From Lenisia limosa (lineage: Eukaryota > Protista > Breviatea), in the NCBI GenBank assembly GCA_001655205.1, contig LPNZ01008459.1, positions 1 through 34,331 on the forward strand: 34,331 bases of DNA, written 5' to 3'. The notes under the pieces were generated by a model that made no database searches, was not told the DNA's origin, and saw only the letters and a program-made list of their open reading frames with translations. The stretch's first letter is position 1. The number at the start of each line of letters is the position of its first letter. A program made the translations under genes and the position numbers. Below are positions 14,355-27,100 of the stretch, in pieces.

Positions 14355-17300
14355 CTAGGTCCAAGTAGTAGGGGCAGCATCGGGGTCAAACCCAGTCTTA
14401 ACGATCATTTCCTAAGTAATGAACAAGGAGCAAAGAAGATCCAAAGGGGTATCCCTCATACCTGGAGCTTAGCCTCAGCCTTGGCAGCACGACTTGACAT
14501 TGCCAAACAGTCGGTCATGCATCGGTCAAGAAGCTGACGGTACTTCTTTTCTGTTGCCTGCTGCCTTTGCTCAAAGGTTGTTCTACTCTGTCAAACCAGG
14601 ACATTTCCAATGATAGTGCAACCAAGCTGAACCACCAGCCAACCTATATGCTCTGAAGATTTTGAAGTACTCTTTTTGCACACCCTCAAAATCTGTATGA
14701 ACTCTGTCAGCATCCGCTTCAGCTTCTATCTCAACTTTATGCATCTGGAGTGAGTGTCAAAAGAGTTTTGGTGGTATCACCCTACCTGTTTCTTCACTTG
14801 GGCAATCTCATTTTCAAGGAGTTTACTCTTTGCTTTCTCTTCAGTCAATTGCATCTGGAAGGTTGGAAGAGAAGTGGAATCATATTATAAATGGAATTTA
14901 CTTCAAACCTCCAGGTTGGTAAATTCTTCCAACGAAACAGTGCCGCCCTGTTTGAGTCGTTGCTGCGCTAAATCAAGCACACGCTGTCGCTCAGCTTCAA
15001 GCTCAGCTCTCTGAGAGGTAACTTTCTTTTCAAGATCATATTCTCCAAACAAAAAGTGAGGTCACCAACCATTTGCTCTTTAGCTTCTTCCAATTTCTGT
15101 TGGTGTTCTTCCTCCAAACGAGCTCTTTCGTCCTCCTATAATGGCATAAAAGCAATTCAAAAAAAAACAATACTGATTGATCATACCTGAATTTGACGAC
15201 GAATCTCAGTGTCCCCAAGAAGAAGCTGGGTGGCTGCTTTTGCATCCTCCTATGAAAGTGATTCGAAGCCCTATGCCAAACTGCCAGGATGCATTTGTCT
15301 TTGGCTAACCTTGTGCTGCTTTTGCTGATCGGCAATGGACTTGAGTTTCATTTTGATGTTTTTCATACTGTCGTTTTCAGTCATCAGAACGTTCTTAAGA
15401 CTTTCGATTCGATCTCTTCTCTTTTTACTGTCTTCCTCCGACATCTAGTTGGTGTTATTAACGAAATGAATATGTGATAGATAAGTCTCAATNNNNNNNN
15501 NNNNNNNNNNNNNNNNNNNNNNNNNNNNNNNNNNNNNNNNNNNNNNNNNNNNNNNNNNNNNNGTCTTGGATTTCCTTCTGAAGCAATGCCTTTTGCTCTT
15601 CAATTTTCTCCTTTTGCTCCGAATATTCTGTCATCATCTGGACAATGAGACTCATGGGATACATATATCACATAAAAGGGCCAGTGAAAAGAGCCCACTC
15701 ATCTTGTGAAAAAGAATAAGGTCATCCCCACCTTTTCTTTTTGTTTTGCAAGATCAGCAATTTTGCCTTTAAGTTGCTTGTTTTCTTCCTTGAGACTTTC
15801 CATCACAGTCTCCATCATACCTAAAATCACATAAATATAGTGCGAAATTATTGTTAAATATTAACTAAAGCAGACACTCACCTCTGGCTTCAAGATTCTT
15901 TTTTCTATCAATCAGAGCCTGTTGACTCAGTCTCTCCTTCTCTTCCCATGTTTGGGCCTTAGCAAGTTCCAAATCTTGGATTCGCATCTATGGAATAAGA
16001 CAGCAAGACAGAAAGGCAGCAATAAGACGAGTTCATTATTGCCGTATCTCACCTGCATCATCTCAAACGTCTGTAAATCAAGTGCAGCTAAATGGTGAGA
16101 TCATGACCCCGAATGCCAAATGAACAAAGCCTTGGAACCCCGCCAACTTCCATCAGTGGCAGTGCCAGAGACTTGTGAACGCAGTTTGTCAATCTCCCCA
16201 CGAAGCTCTCGGATCAACCTAGTTAAATGAATTCCCAAGAAAATCACCAAAGATGGTTCCACTCGACATCCAACAAAATGAATAAAGGCAACATAAAAAA
16301 CGAACCTTGTATTTTCATCTTCGTTCTTACTCGCAACATTTGTGATGTTCTTGGCTCGGTTTGCGTACTGTTTTCCGTAAAAACAAAAAAAAACAAAAAC
16401 AAGATTTGCATAATAAAAACACACACCTGGAGAGTTGAAAGGGTCTCTTCGAAGTTAATTGAAGCAGGGGAGAGAGCAGCAAGCATGACAGTGCGAGTAT
16501 TTCCACCAAGAGACTAAAATATTATTATCTCCACGTATTATCATTTTCTTCCAAGCACCTCACCTCTTGAAGAATTCGTGTCAGCCTGGAGTCACGATAG
16601 GGGATATGGCCTTTTTTTCCTTCGGCAAGGGCATTAATAACGTTACCAAGAGCGGATAAACTAGAGAGTTAAGACAGAGAAAAAAAAAAAGACCAGTGCA
16701 TTAAGCTGGTACTCACCTCTTGTTAATAGCAGCTCCTTCCTTCAACCGTGCACCCTCAGCTCCAGTCGATGTCTGAAGTTTGAATATGAAGACGATGGAT
16801 GAAAAACAATGAATACAAAACGTCCATCATACAGCTCGTTCGGATCCTGCTAAATCTACAAGATTGATTTTGGCATGGTGGCCCATTGATCCTTCCTTCT
16901 TCTGCGCAATTTTTAGGGTGAATACACTGTGTGATCTGGAACGGTGAAAAAAAATCGGTCCACTCCCTTGGAAATTACCTTGAAGATTGGGCATTCATAT
17001 TTGTCGACCCCACGGCACGCACTTTCGTTCCTTGTTCCATGAGCCTGGAGCATAAAACGCAACCCAAAGTACTTATAAGAACCAACCCATATTTTAGAAG
17101 AATATAACAGAAAGGAACTTGTAGTAACAAACCTCATAACATCAGCATGGTTTTTGACAACTAGTTCAGCAAGGTTTTCCACAAATACCCCCAATTTGGG
17201 GTGTTCACGAATCTTAAGATCCTGACCTGAGGTATAAACCACAGTAATGTGAATTGAAATTGTTTTGTAATTAGTGTAGAAGAAACAGATAGCGCAACCC

Positions 17301-18558
17301 TACCAGTAGGATTCAAGAGATCTTTCACTTCTTCCATATAAATCTCCAAAAAGGATACTGTGACTACAGATATGAGTAATGGGGGAGTGGGGGGGGGGGG
17401 GNNNNNNNNNNNNNNNNNNNNNNNNNNNNNNNNNNNNNNNNNNNNNNNNNNNNNNNNNNNNNNNNNNNNTGGAAAGCCTTGACCAATACGACTCAGATTT
17501 CCCTCAAAAAATCAGTTAAGATTTTCACGGTCAGTTTATGGTCACTCAAAAATAGCATACCCATGAATTTGACTTCTGTTGCACCTTCAATTCTCTGGAA
17601 CACTTCTTCGTTCATCTTCAACGTCAAGGCTGTAAAAGAAACCATTTAATATCTAGCAATTCTATTAATTAACATATCATATAGTTAGCAGAACTGATAT
17701 AATACAACTAGCAAACCAGTGGAATGATACCGACATCTTCTCCAAATCCTGTCATTGAGTATGACTTCCCAGACCCAGTTTGACCTGTTTGGTAAGCTCA
17801 CACAATGTAAAAATGTTTTGACTAAAAAAAGAAGTACACTCTTACCATAGGCAAAGATGGTTCCATTGTAGCCATCAAATGCTCCATTGAGAATAGGTTT
17901 TCTAAAAAAGAATTATTGGTTAGGGAAGACTGAGCAAGGACAATAGAGTTAGTAAGACTCCAGATGTTAATTCAATAAAAAAGATTCAATTCAGGACATT
18001 TATAAAAGAATAATACCCACCAACCCTAAATCTGTATAGACAGTTGCCTGGGCAGTGTCAAGCCAGTAAGAGTGATCAAACGTGAATCGATGTTTCTGAT
18101 GGTTACAAATTGCCAACGAAGAAAGATGCCAATTACGGGGGTGAAATTATAAGAGTATCGGAGAAATATTGTATATTTATTTAAAATATATTCGTCTCAC
18201 AAAAAGAGTAGCAACAGAAAAAGAATATGAAGAAAAGTACAATTCTTCCACTTCACTTGAAAACCGATCATATGGGGCGTGTTAAGGGCATCGTGACAGA
18301 CCTTATCGGAAGCTGGATTTGTAATAACTGTTGTTCCTTCCGACATTTCAAGGCAAATGGTGGAGTTACGTTCCTTCTCACGACCTGGGAAGATAAACTT
18401 TGAAGACCACAGCCAGATCAATAAACCGTTTTAAAAGCATACCATTGAGTGGACGAAGTCTAACCGCCACCTGAATGAAATAGGTTAATAAGAGTTGAGT
18501 TACAAAGATAAACAATTACCTTGACGTTGACTGAATCTCCTTTCTTATTGGATGACAT
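14355..18558 (-). CDS. N-terminal kinesin motor protein, kinesin-3-like, with coiled-coil tail
   Basis: [49 protein letters not shown] (P-loop), [16 protein letters not shown], switch I NAQSSRSH, switch [56 protein letters not shown]. Coiled-coil exons follow, ending ...[10 protein letters not shown]. Two N-gaps lie inside the gene. Confidence 0.93.
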
Positions 18559-18946
18559 ATTTTTTTGCTTTGTATCAAACTGAGGGTACCAGCTTTCACT
18601 GTACTATCCTCAGAGATAAAGAGTTCAAAAAAGTAGAGCTCGGAAGGATTCGTCTACATTATTCTTGAATATATAATAGTCTTATTCCTCAATATAGATA
18701 TTGTCTGTTCCTGTCTTTTCTTTTAAGAAAATTTGAAAATTGAAATTTTTACGAATTCGCAGGGGGTAGTCAAATTTATATCTATATTAACGTCTCCTTG
18801 ATGGAAACGGCCGTCTTGGTAGTATAAAAAAAAAAAAAAAAAAANNNNNNNNNNNNNNNNNNNNNNNNNNNNNNNNNNNNNNNNNNNNNNNNNNNNNAAT
18901 ATTACCAAATAATAGACAATAATAACAATTTCATAGAATAAATAGA

Positions 18947-20209
18947 ATGGCACCGGTGAAACTTATTGAAAACTCTCGCGAGAGGGAGAAGTATGACAAT
19001 ATGGCAGATTTATTCGCACTTGTTAGAGCAACTGAGCTGTTAGAGAAGGCGTATATCCAGGATTCGGTCACAGCTGATGAGTATGAACCCTCTTCTTCTT
19101 TGGTGCTCTCTTCTCACGGATTCTGACACGAATTTAGGTATACCGTTGAATGCAAAGCTCTTATTGCAAGATTTAAGACAGTAAAGAAGCTTCTCGAACC
19201 TATTGACGTTGTTGCCTTTCTCCAACTTCATGGGGTTTGAGGAGATGTTCTAAGTTCTTCTTTTGCAAATTGATTTCCTCCAATATGTTTCTATAGGCTC
19301 AATAAAATGGCTATTATCTTTTATTCAGTTTATCACGTTATTTAGCTAGATTGCCCTGCTGCCAGGAACCGCCTTCTTGAAAGTGGTGTTCCAGCAACTG
19401 TGGAACATGGAGTAAGCTTTTGATTTGACCTTTTTTTTTGTTTTGTGGAGTCTTATTCCGATAACTGCATTGTGTTATTATCGTTATCTTCAACCAGGGT
19501 ACCGCTACAACTGGAAATGATACACGATATGTTGCCGAAGCGGTGCAGTACTTCATTACAGGTTTGTAGAAATTCTGTTTTTTTCTTCTCTGAATTTGTT
19601 TTAAAATCATCTTCAAAAGAGGGACGTTGTCGTTTGCTTTTCTTAAGTTGAGAATTTGTCGTGTTCACTACGTTACGAAACAGACTATTTCCATCTTCAA
19701 TAAATATCTATATTATCATGGTCTTATACGGCGGAACAGGGAACCATAACTATACCCCAAATGTTTTAACTTAAAAGCTTTGCCAAACCCCCATTTTTTA
19801 TTTATCTTTTAATTTTACTCACTTATTATGTAGCCATGGATTCGCTAAAGTTGAACATGGTAGCAGTCGACGAGCTCCATCCTCTCATCCAAGTTAGTGG
19901 CTGTTGGAGTAATTTGGCTTCTTTTTGTGATGGTGTTGGTATTGATCCCCTTTTAGGATATTGTAACAGCGTTGAACAAGGTACCAACCCTTAGTCCTGA
20001 CTCTGAACCAATAACTAAGGTTAAAACCTGGTATGTGGATGGGGCCAGGTTAATATTCCAATTATTTTGTTCGCTTAACTTATAGGTTGGTGACACTAAA
20101 CAAACTTCAAGCAAGTGATGAGTTGGATGAGAACCAAATGAGACAGCTTCTGTTTGACCTCGAAACAGCCTACAACTCATTCCATCGCCATTTGTCGGAA
20201 AGACCATAA
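18947..20209 (+). CDS. VPS28: ESCRT-I subunit VPS28
   Basis: MAPVKLIENSREREKYDNMADLFALVRATELLEKAYIQDSVTADE, YTVECKALIARFK, LDCPAARNRLLESGVPATVEHG, VAEAVQYFITAMDSLKLNMVAVDELHPL, DELDENQMRQLLFDLETAYNSFHRHL. Confidence 0.96.
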
Positions 20210-20289
20210 ATTGCTGGTTCTGGGTGTGTAAGTGTATTTCTTTTATTTATTTTTGATACAATCCGTTGTTTGTTTAATCGCCTCACCTG

Positions 20290-20304
20290 CCCCCCCCCCC
20301 CCCC
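20290..20304. repeat. G/C homopolymer tract abutting assembly gap (one of six)
   Basis: C15 here. Others are G12 at 6123-6134, G13 at 17389-17401, G13 at 23979-23991, C13 at 27414-27426 and G12 at 33262-33273, each directly beside or within 4 nt of an N-run. Confidence 0.85.
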
Positions 20305-20664
20305 NNNNNNNNNNNNNNNNNNNNNNNNNNNNNNNNNNNNNNNNNNNNNNNNNNNNNNNNNAAACTCAAGGGGGGATTTTGGGGGTCCAAAGAAGAATTC
20401 CCCACTGCATATCCCATTCCTTCCACAATGTCGGATTTACCCCAAGAAAACTGATGTGCTGAAGGTGTTGGAATTAACATCAAGCAGCCTGGTTGGCAGT
20501 GTCAGATCAGGGAGCCGTGGTCTATTTTAATATTTTTTTTTTGATCAAGTTTGAAACTAAAATTACTTAAAACCAGTACTAATTAACGAAACAACTAATC
20601 AGCTAAATTGAGAAAGAGGAAAATAAGGATAAAAAGGTGAGACAATCAAATTGACAATTGGAGT

Positions 20665-22583
20665 ATGAGCAAGCCAAATCAGACGAGATTTGCTGCAGTA
20701 AGTGTCTAATGTCCAGTACTGGACCGTCTTATCATTTAGGCAAGACTTAAGCGTCTTATGCAGGCAGATGAGGACGTTGGAAAAGTCAATACCGCTGTAA
20801 CAGTGGCTGTTGGTAGGTTCCTCTCTTTCACTGGCATTCACGTGACCCTTCTTAGGTTGCATATTAGAGGACTTTATTAAAGATGTTGTTTTAAAGAGCA
20901 GCCAGATTGTGACAGCATCTTCAGGAACCCAAATCCTTCCCCATCACTTGTAGGTGGTCTCAATTTTGGAGATGAGAATTTGCTTATTGGAGCAAGTTTT
21001 TTTGAATGAATATATCAAAAATTATGCTTTTTATATTATTTCTTATCCGATCAGCTATTATTGCGGATTCAAAAGGGAACATTTGTGTTTGTTGGTTTCT
21101 TGACATCCGCAGGAAACAAGTTATTGAGAACGATGAGCAGTACGATTTCTTGAAGCCAACTTTCCAAAATGTTGTTGAAATGCAAGAAGAGAGTAGGGTT
21201 TGGTTGAATTATACTTATTTGTTGGGATGTTTTGATAATTTTCGCATATTCTCATTCTCACTCTCCAGAGCCCGCTGCCAAGAGTTTGTGGAGTTTAGTT
21301 GAAAGTGGAGTTTTGACTTTTTGAATACTCTGTGTTGGATGGAAATTAGTTTTACATTGCCTTACCTTCACTATTTCAGAGAAACGGGCTCCTAAGGTTG
21401 GACCAGTAGCTGAAACTAATTAGGGTTTTGTTGTGACTCTATGTTTTTCTGTTACTGTTCAGCGTAAAGCAGCGGGGAGTCCTGATGAAGCTTCACCGAA
21501 ACCTCGAGCCAGAAAGTAGGGCATGAATTAGACGCAGAGGATTTTCTGTTTTTCAGGACAAAAGCCATCACGTTAAGTTATTTAAATATTATAAATCCAC
21601 CAAATAGTCCTTACAATTCCAACACACCATATTCTTAGATAAGAAAATGACGCCTGTAGGAAGTCAGCGAAGGCTGCTGAAGCTGCCTCAACTCCCTCGC
21701 CACCTCCAACTTCTAGCCCCCTTAGTGCCCCCTCTCTCACAAGTCCTTCGGTAATGGGGTTTGAAATTACACGTACTGCAATAGTGCATTTGTGTGGGCT
21801 CATTACAACACTCGTTGACTTGATTTCACGTTTTTTGTGCTTTACTTCTTTACCCCTAGGGTCCAAAGACATCAGCTTTACGCTCGGCTCTTTCGTCACA
21901 ACCTTCTGTTTTCAGCTCCTCACTGTATGTTTATAAATTAACTTGATGGGCTGAGTTAATTGCATAATGATGTGTTCATTTTATAATTTAGTCCCCCTTC
22001 AACTCCATCTTCAGCCACATCCAGTAAGCGTTAAACCATGCCATGATGCCAATTATAAAGCGGATTTCCCCCTAGATTACAGTGAAACTGACGCAACAAA
22101 TATCTGAATGAATTGTATCTAATTGATGGGGTAAACTTCTTAGGTCAATCCGTATTGGTAAGTCCCATTCCCAACCACCCGTCAATGGAGCCTCCAAGGT
22201 GGGGCTTTCGTCTTGTTTAGGTTTACAGGTGATTGGCTCCTCATTGTTGTATAGTGTGGAGGCGGGAATCGATTTTAAGAACAAAATGGCAAGTGAGCAT
22301 GTCCCAACTGCTCTGTTCGCACCCAACCATGCACAAATTGATGCTGTCAGCCCCTTGTTAGGTGAGTAAGGCCAGGCTACATAAATTACATGGTTCAAAA
22401 CTGTTATTGGAACAATTTGATTATTATATTTAGGCTCACAGCTGAATATGCTTTCTCCCACCCCACCCCCGCATCACCCAAAGGTACGATCAGTTATTTG
22501 TTCGAAGATTTCAGCCCAAATCAGTATAAGTTTACCTCTAGGTTTCAGTTCCAGAGTCCCAGTTACCGCATCCTCACCAATAG
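20665..22583 (+). CDS. DRAP1: Negative cofactor 2 alpha (DRAP1/Bur6-type histone-fold protein) with long basic and Pro/Ser-rich extension
   Basis: Histone fold TRFAAARLKRLMQADEDVGKV...AILEDFIKDVVLKSSQIV...ILPHHL-KQVIENDEQYDFLK. The downstream exons splice in frame to TAG 22581-22583. The histone-fold assignment is firmer than the extension, because not splicing at 21516 would stop the protein at TAG 21517-21519. Confidence 0.8.
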
Positions 22584-22717
22584 AGTGTCTTCTCTTTAGT
22601 TATTCACAGTTTTGTGTCATTTGATATGATTGATATAGCGATGATGTTTACTGAATGATTAAAAGTTGAAGAAATAACATTAATATACAATTGGATAATG
22701 GTACAACGACAGTGAAC

Positions 22718-23622
22718 TTAAAGGGTATCTACATAAGTGAGAAAAAAAGTTGTTAGATTGACCAATCAAATGAATCCCCTTACCATGGGCAGGGGACTCT
22801 TGTTTGGGAGTTTTCACGTACTCAACCTGAAAACATCAATCACAGAAAATTGATATTTACAAACCGTAGTGCCCTTTTCGTTCTTGAAAGCTCCGAGAAT
22901 AAAGATGACACCAACGCCGAGGAAACAAAGGGCTGCCAAAATGGTTGCAGGGCAGAAAAAAAGTGGGAATGACATACTAAACAATGAAAACAGGATTCCA
23001 TTTGAGATGGTTCTCTCTTGATCATACCCATCCCTCTTACACAACATAAAGAGAACCACGGAAGATGTAGTCAGTTAAGAAGTTCTGAATTGGTTATTGG
23101 AAGGCCGAGAGAGGATTGCAATGTGGGTGAGCGCTAACCAGATACTGGGCGAGAATAGGCCATGGGAATTCCAGAACTGACATAAAAGCTCCACAAAGGC
23201 TAGAAGCATTATGGATCATTAAAACAACCAATTAATCATTTATTCCACTAACATTCCAATGATTCCGACAGGAATACACCCAAGGGCAATGGCGAGGATA
23301 GAAAACAAAATCGTTCCTAAATATTGAGAAGAATTGAGAAAAGCAAACAAAAGAACGAATAATATGAACAACAAATCAACATTATTATGGGTTACATTTC
23401 AGTTTCGATGCTTACCAGGACCGATGAAACGACTGCACAAGGAGGCGAATTTACCAAAGCTGAAAGGAGTGAAAACAAGGAAAGAGTTGATTGTATTTCC
23501 AAATCCAACCCAGATGGTTAATAATAATCATAATAATACAATTTAAGGGTGAGGGGGATCCAAGGTGATTGGGTGAACCAGTAGGCTTACTTTTTGGTCG
23601 CTAATTTCGCTGTTTGCATCAT
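22718..23622 (-). CDS. Small multi-pass membrane protein, TVP18/Flower (Cg6151-P)-like Golgi protein
   Basis: Spliced product MMQTAKLATKNFGKFASLCSRFIGPGTILFSILAIALGCIPVGIIGM...FVELLCQFW...NFLTDYIFRGSLYVVMSFPLFFCPATILAALCFLGVGVIFILGAFKNEKG...ESPAHDTL*. It has 3-4 hydrophobic segments, and the NF-x-FG-like start and FRGSLY motif resemble TVP18/COPI-associated proteins. The family call is from memory of motifs only. Confidence 0.6.
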
Positions 23623-24194
23623 CTTGATCAGATCTTAGTGGGTTACTACGGTATTATTAAGGTATTCAGATATTTCCTGGGTATATCTTTTCTGCTTCTT
23701 TCATGATTTTTGGTGGCGCTGGTTTTAAACCTTGGCGCGAGCGTAATTAATGCCCTCCTTTTTGCCTCTTTTTCCACGGCTCTTTCTTTCTTGAAATTGC
23801 CTTGATTTAACCCTGATTCACACACATCATCATACATTTACCCTGGGCCACAGGGGCGTTTTAAAATTTTACAAATAGTGTAAGATTTTAATAGTTTACT
23901 TGGGTGTCTTTTCTTTCTCATCTTGCAATTGTTGCACACCTCCCTCTGGTGTCTTTTGTTTAAAGAAGAAAAGTAGGTGGGGGGGGGGGGGAGAANNNNN
24001 NNNNNNNNNNNNNNNNNNNNNNNNNNNNNNNNNNNNNNNNNNNNNNNNNNNNNAAATGTCACCTTCCAGACTCACTGGTTTGCATCCTTCAGGGACCCTC
24101 TAAGGAGGAGTCCAGCATCCTCGGTTTCCATTCTTTGACAAAGGTGCGCACTGATATGAGGAAATATGATTCATTGATTATGTAGTAGTTCAAA

Positions 24195-27100
24195 ATGAGT
24201 CAACCAAATTTTTCGAGCGAACCCCCAAGCCCAACTCCGGAACCATTTAGACCTAATTATAGGTATGTTCTACAGATAGGCAATTGTTTGCACCAATGAT
24301 TGGTGTGATAATGTTTGATTTCTGAGTTTCACACATAGCAGCACATCATCGCTCAACTTTCCTGGCACAGCCCCTGCAACTCCGTCTTCAGGACTCCTCC
24401 CTCCGTCCAACATCCCAAGGAACTCGTCACGAGGGCGTCTTATTAACCCCGCTGTCCCCTTTGTCCAAGAGGGCACGGCGCGTGGGGACCGCTCAACTGT
24501 GTTTTCCCTTGTTCTTGACAGTATCCTGGCAGTGGTTAAGGAAAACATTGGTGATGATGCAGTGCAAGAGGTACATGGGTGTCTTGTTCGTTGTGTTATT
24601 GTGGGAGGGCAAACAAGAAGGGTGAAATAAGTGAAAGCAGTCGCTTTGATTATTTTTTGATGACCTTTTATGTTTATTACTTAATGAATGTCTCAGATAT
24701 TAACGTCGGTGACTGGCGGGCCTCAGCCGCTTCAAGACCTTTCATTCCTTCCACCATCACAAGTAAGCTGTCCTTGATCAGCTTTCGATGAATTGGTTTT
24801 TATATTAGTGCGAAAGAGTTTTGAGGAAGTTCTCATATGACCTAGGCCAAAGGCATTGCTGAAGCAGCTGCCCGAGTTGTTGACCTCACACAGCCTGAAC
24901 TAATGCGAGCAGCGGGCAAGCAGTGGTGAGAACTAGGGAAGATAGCATTTCTTTTCACAGTAATAATGCGTCTTTGTTTCTGGATAACAAACCCACATAA
25001 GTAGTGTTTATTTACAACTGTAGTATCAATGTATTGTCTGAAGGTCCACTGAAGAATTTGGTGCGATCAGTGACCTCTTTGGAGTACATGTGTATAAATT
25101 GGGACACTATCGCAAAAGAAGTAGGGAGGAAGGACCGTTGATTGTCCCTTTTAGCCCTATATAACGCATATGATATATTTTGATTGTCACNNNNNNNNNN
25201 NNNNNNNNNNNNNNNNNNNNNNNNNNNNNNNNNNNNNNNNNNNNNNNNNNNNNNNNNNNNNNNNNNNNNNNNNNNNNNNNNNNNNNNNNNNNNNNNNNNN
25301 NNNNNNNNNNNNNNNNNNNNNNNNNNNNNNNNNNNNNNNNNNNNNNNNNNNNNNNNNNNNNNNNNNNNNNCCGATCCTGGCGAATTCTTCTCACTTGGTT
25401 TCTCAGAGTTCCTTTGCGGTGTGGAAGGAGGGACTTAAATTTTTACTTCCCTGTTCTTCTAGATGCTCACTAACGCTACAGGTGTAATTGAAACGATTGC
25501 GTCCCTTTTTGAAATCAATGTGGATATTGATTTCATACCCAGGCCGCCGGGAACATCAACCGACCTTTTTGTTGTTCATATTTCGGCACTTGCAAGTATG
25601 AAGGGAATGCCTCACTATATGATGGATATTTTGGCCACTCCATTTTCTTCACTGATTTTGCAGCTGCGAGACCCAGTTCAGCCCACAACGACAATGTTGT
25701 TGTTCCTTACTTCAAGCTCTCCCTTCCCCCTTCTATTGTTCAAAGCCTCTTCCCTTACCATATTGTCTTCAGCAAAAACCTTGAAGTACAACAAATGGTG
25801 AGATAGGGTTTAAAGGCAATTCTTGGATTGTATGAGTTGTTGCTTGTATTTAATGCTTATTTTTAGGGATACACACTTCAAAGACTCCTACCTAAAGTGG
25901 CATGCAACCGCAGCACATTGGCATCAGAAATCCTGGTGGTGTCGTACCCATACGACTGGTCTTGGTTTGTCAATTATGCAACCTGAATCAGTCTCACCCC
26001 TCAGGGACTTCAATCAAATGAAAGCTCTTGCCACTTTGAACTCCCCCGAGCAGATTCACATTCAGGTTGGTCCTGCTGCTTGTGTCAGTTATCATCCTTT
26101 TTGCGTTGCAACAATTTAATCATCCAGATTCGGGTTGAGGGTGCTTCTGCCAATTTGATGCTGAGAGGCCGGCTCATGGTTTGTCATTGTCATTCTAACA
26201 TATATTCAGTATGAGTCGAGCAAGAATGTTGTTATGGCAGTGCTTACTCCTCAACTTAAGGACAAGGTATGGTAGTGATTTTTTGACACGCATTCATCTC
26301 ACAGATGGAAGCTTACTTGATGGGAATTACACGAGAAGACTTTCCTCCAGAGAGTCTTGCACGCGCAATGGTTGTGTCAAGGTTCGACCATGAACAGTAT
26401 TTGACACTTATTCTTTTTCTTCCGCACATTTTCACCCACCAGAGTTCCGATACACCGTATGGCCTCTAAAATGGATACCCATAAAATCAAACAGGTTGGT
26501 CTGCTTTGCTGTTGTCATTTACCTTATTAGTTGGAACGGTCAGACCGATTACTTCTGAACACTCTTCCTCGATCCATTTTAACAAGACTAAAGGTTTGTA
26601 AGCCTGTTGAACCTCTTTTATCCCCCTTTAGAGGGGGGAGAAGATGATGGCTGACTTCTTCCCCGAATGCACTGTCGGCTTCTGCGACATCGTAAACTTT
26701 CAAAAAGCGGCCAAGTTTCTCACTCCCCTTGCTGTTGTCCATCTTCTTGCTAAGGTCTGGTCTTCACGTCAAATTCTGTGTAACTCTCCAGGTTGTTGCA
26801 GAATTCGACATTTGTTGTGGTCAGTTCGAAGTTGAAAAGATCAAAACAATTGGAGACAACTACATGGTTGCGTCAGGCCTGCCAATGAAAACTGAGGGAC
26901 ATGCATTAAATGGTGGGGCAACGCTTATGTCTTCAGTTAGTTGGTGGTATTTATTTTTTTAGTCGTAGAATTAGCCATTCAATTACAACGGTCCCTTCTG
27001 CGGCTGAATTCAACCATCAACCTGCCGGATGGAGTGAAGTTAGACGTGCGGTGCGGTATCAACACGGGCCCAGGTGGGTGAAGTCTTTTCATCGTTTTTT

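Noticed and set aside
20361-20530. GC-richer intergenic stretch with one imperfect hairpin (CCTGGTTGGC...GTCAGATCAGG), considered as snRNA or snoRNA
   Set aside because: It has no U1, U2, U4, U5, U6 or SRP signature or box motifs, and a single hairpin is not enough evidence.
25107-25487. Long ORFs spanning N-runs (also 31154-31744 and 32879-33476)
   Set aside because: Their length comes from translating Ns as X.
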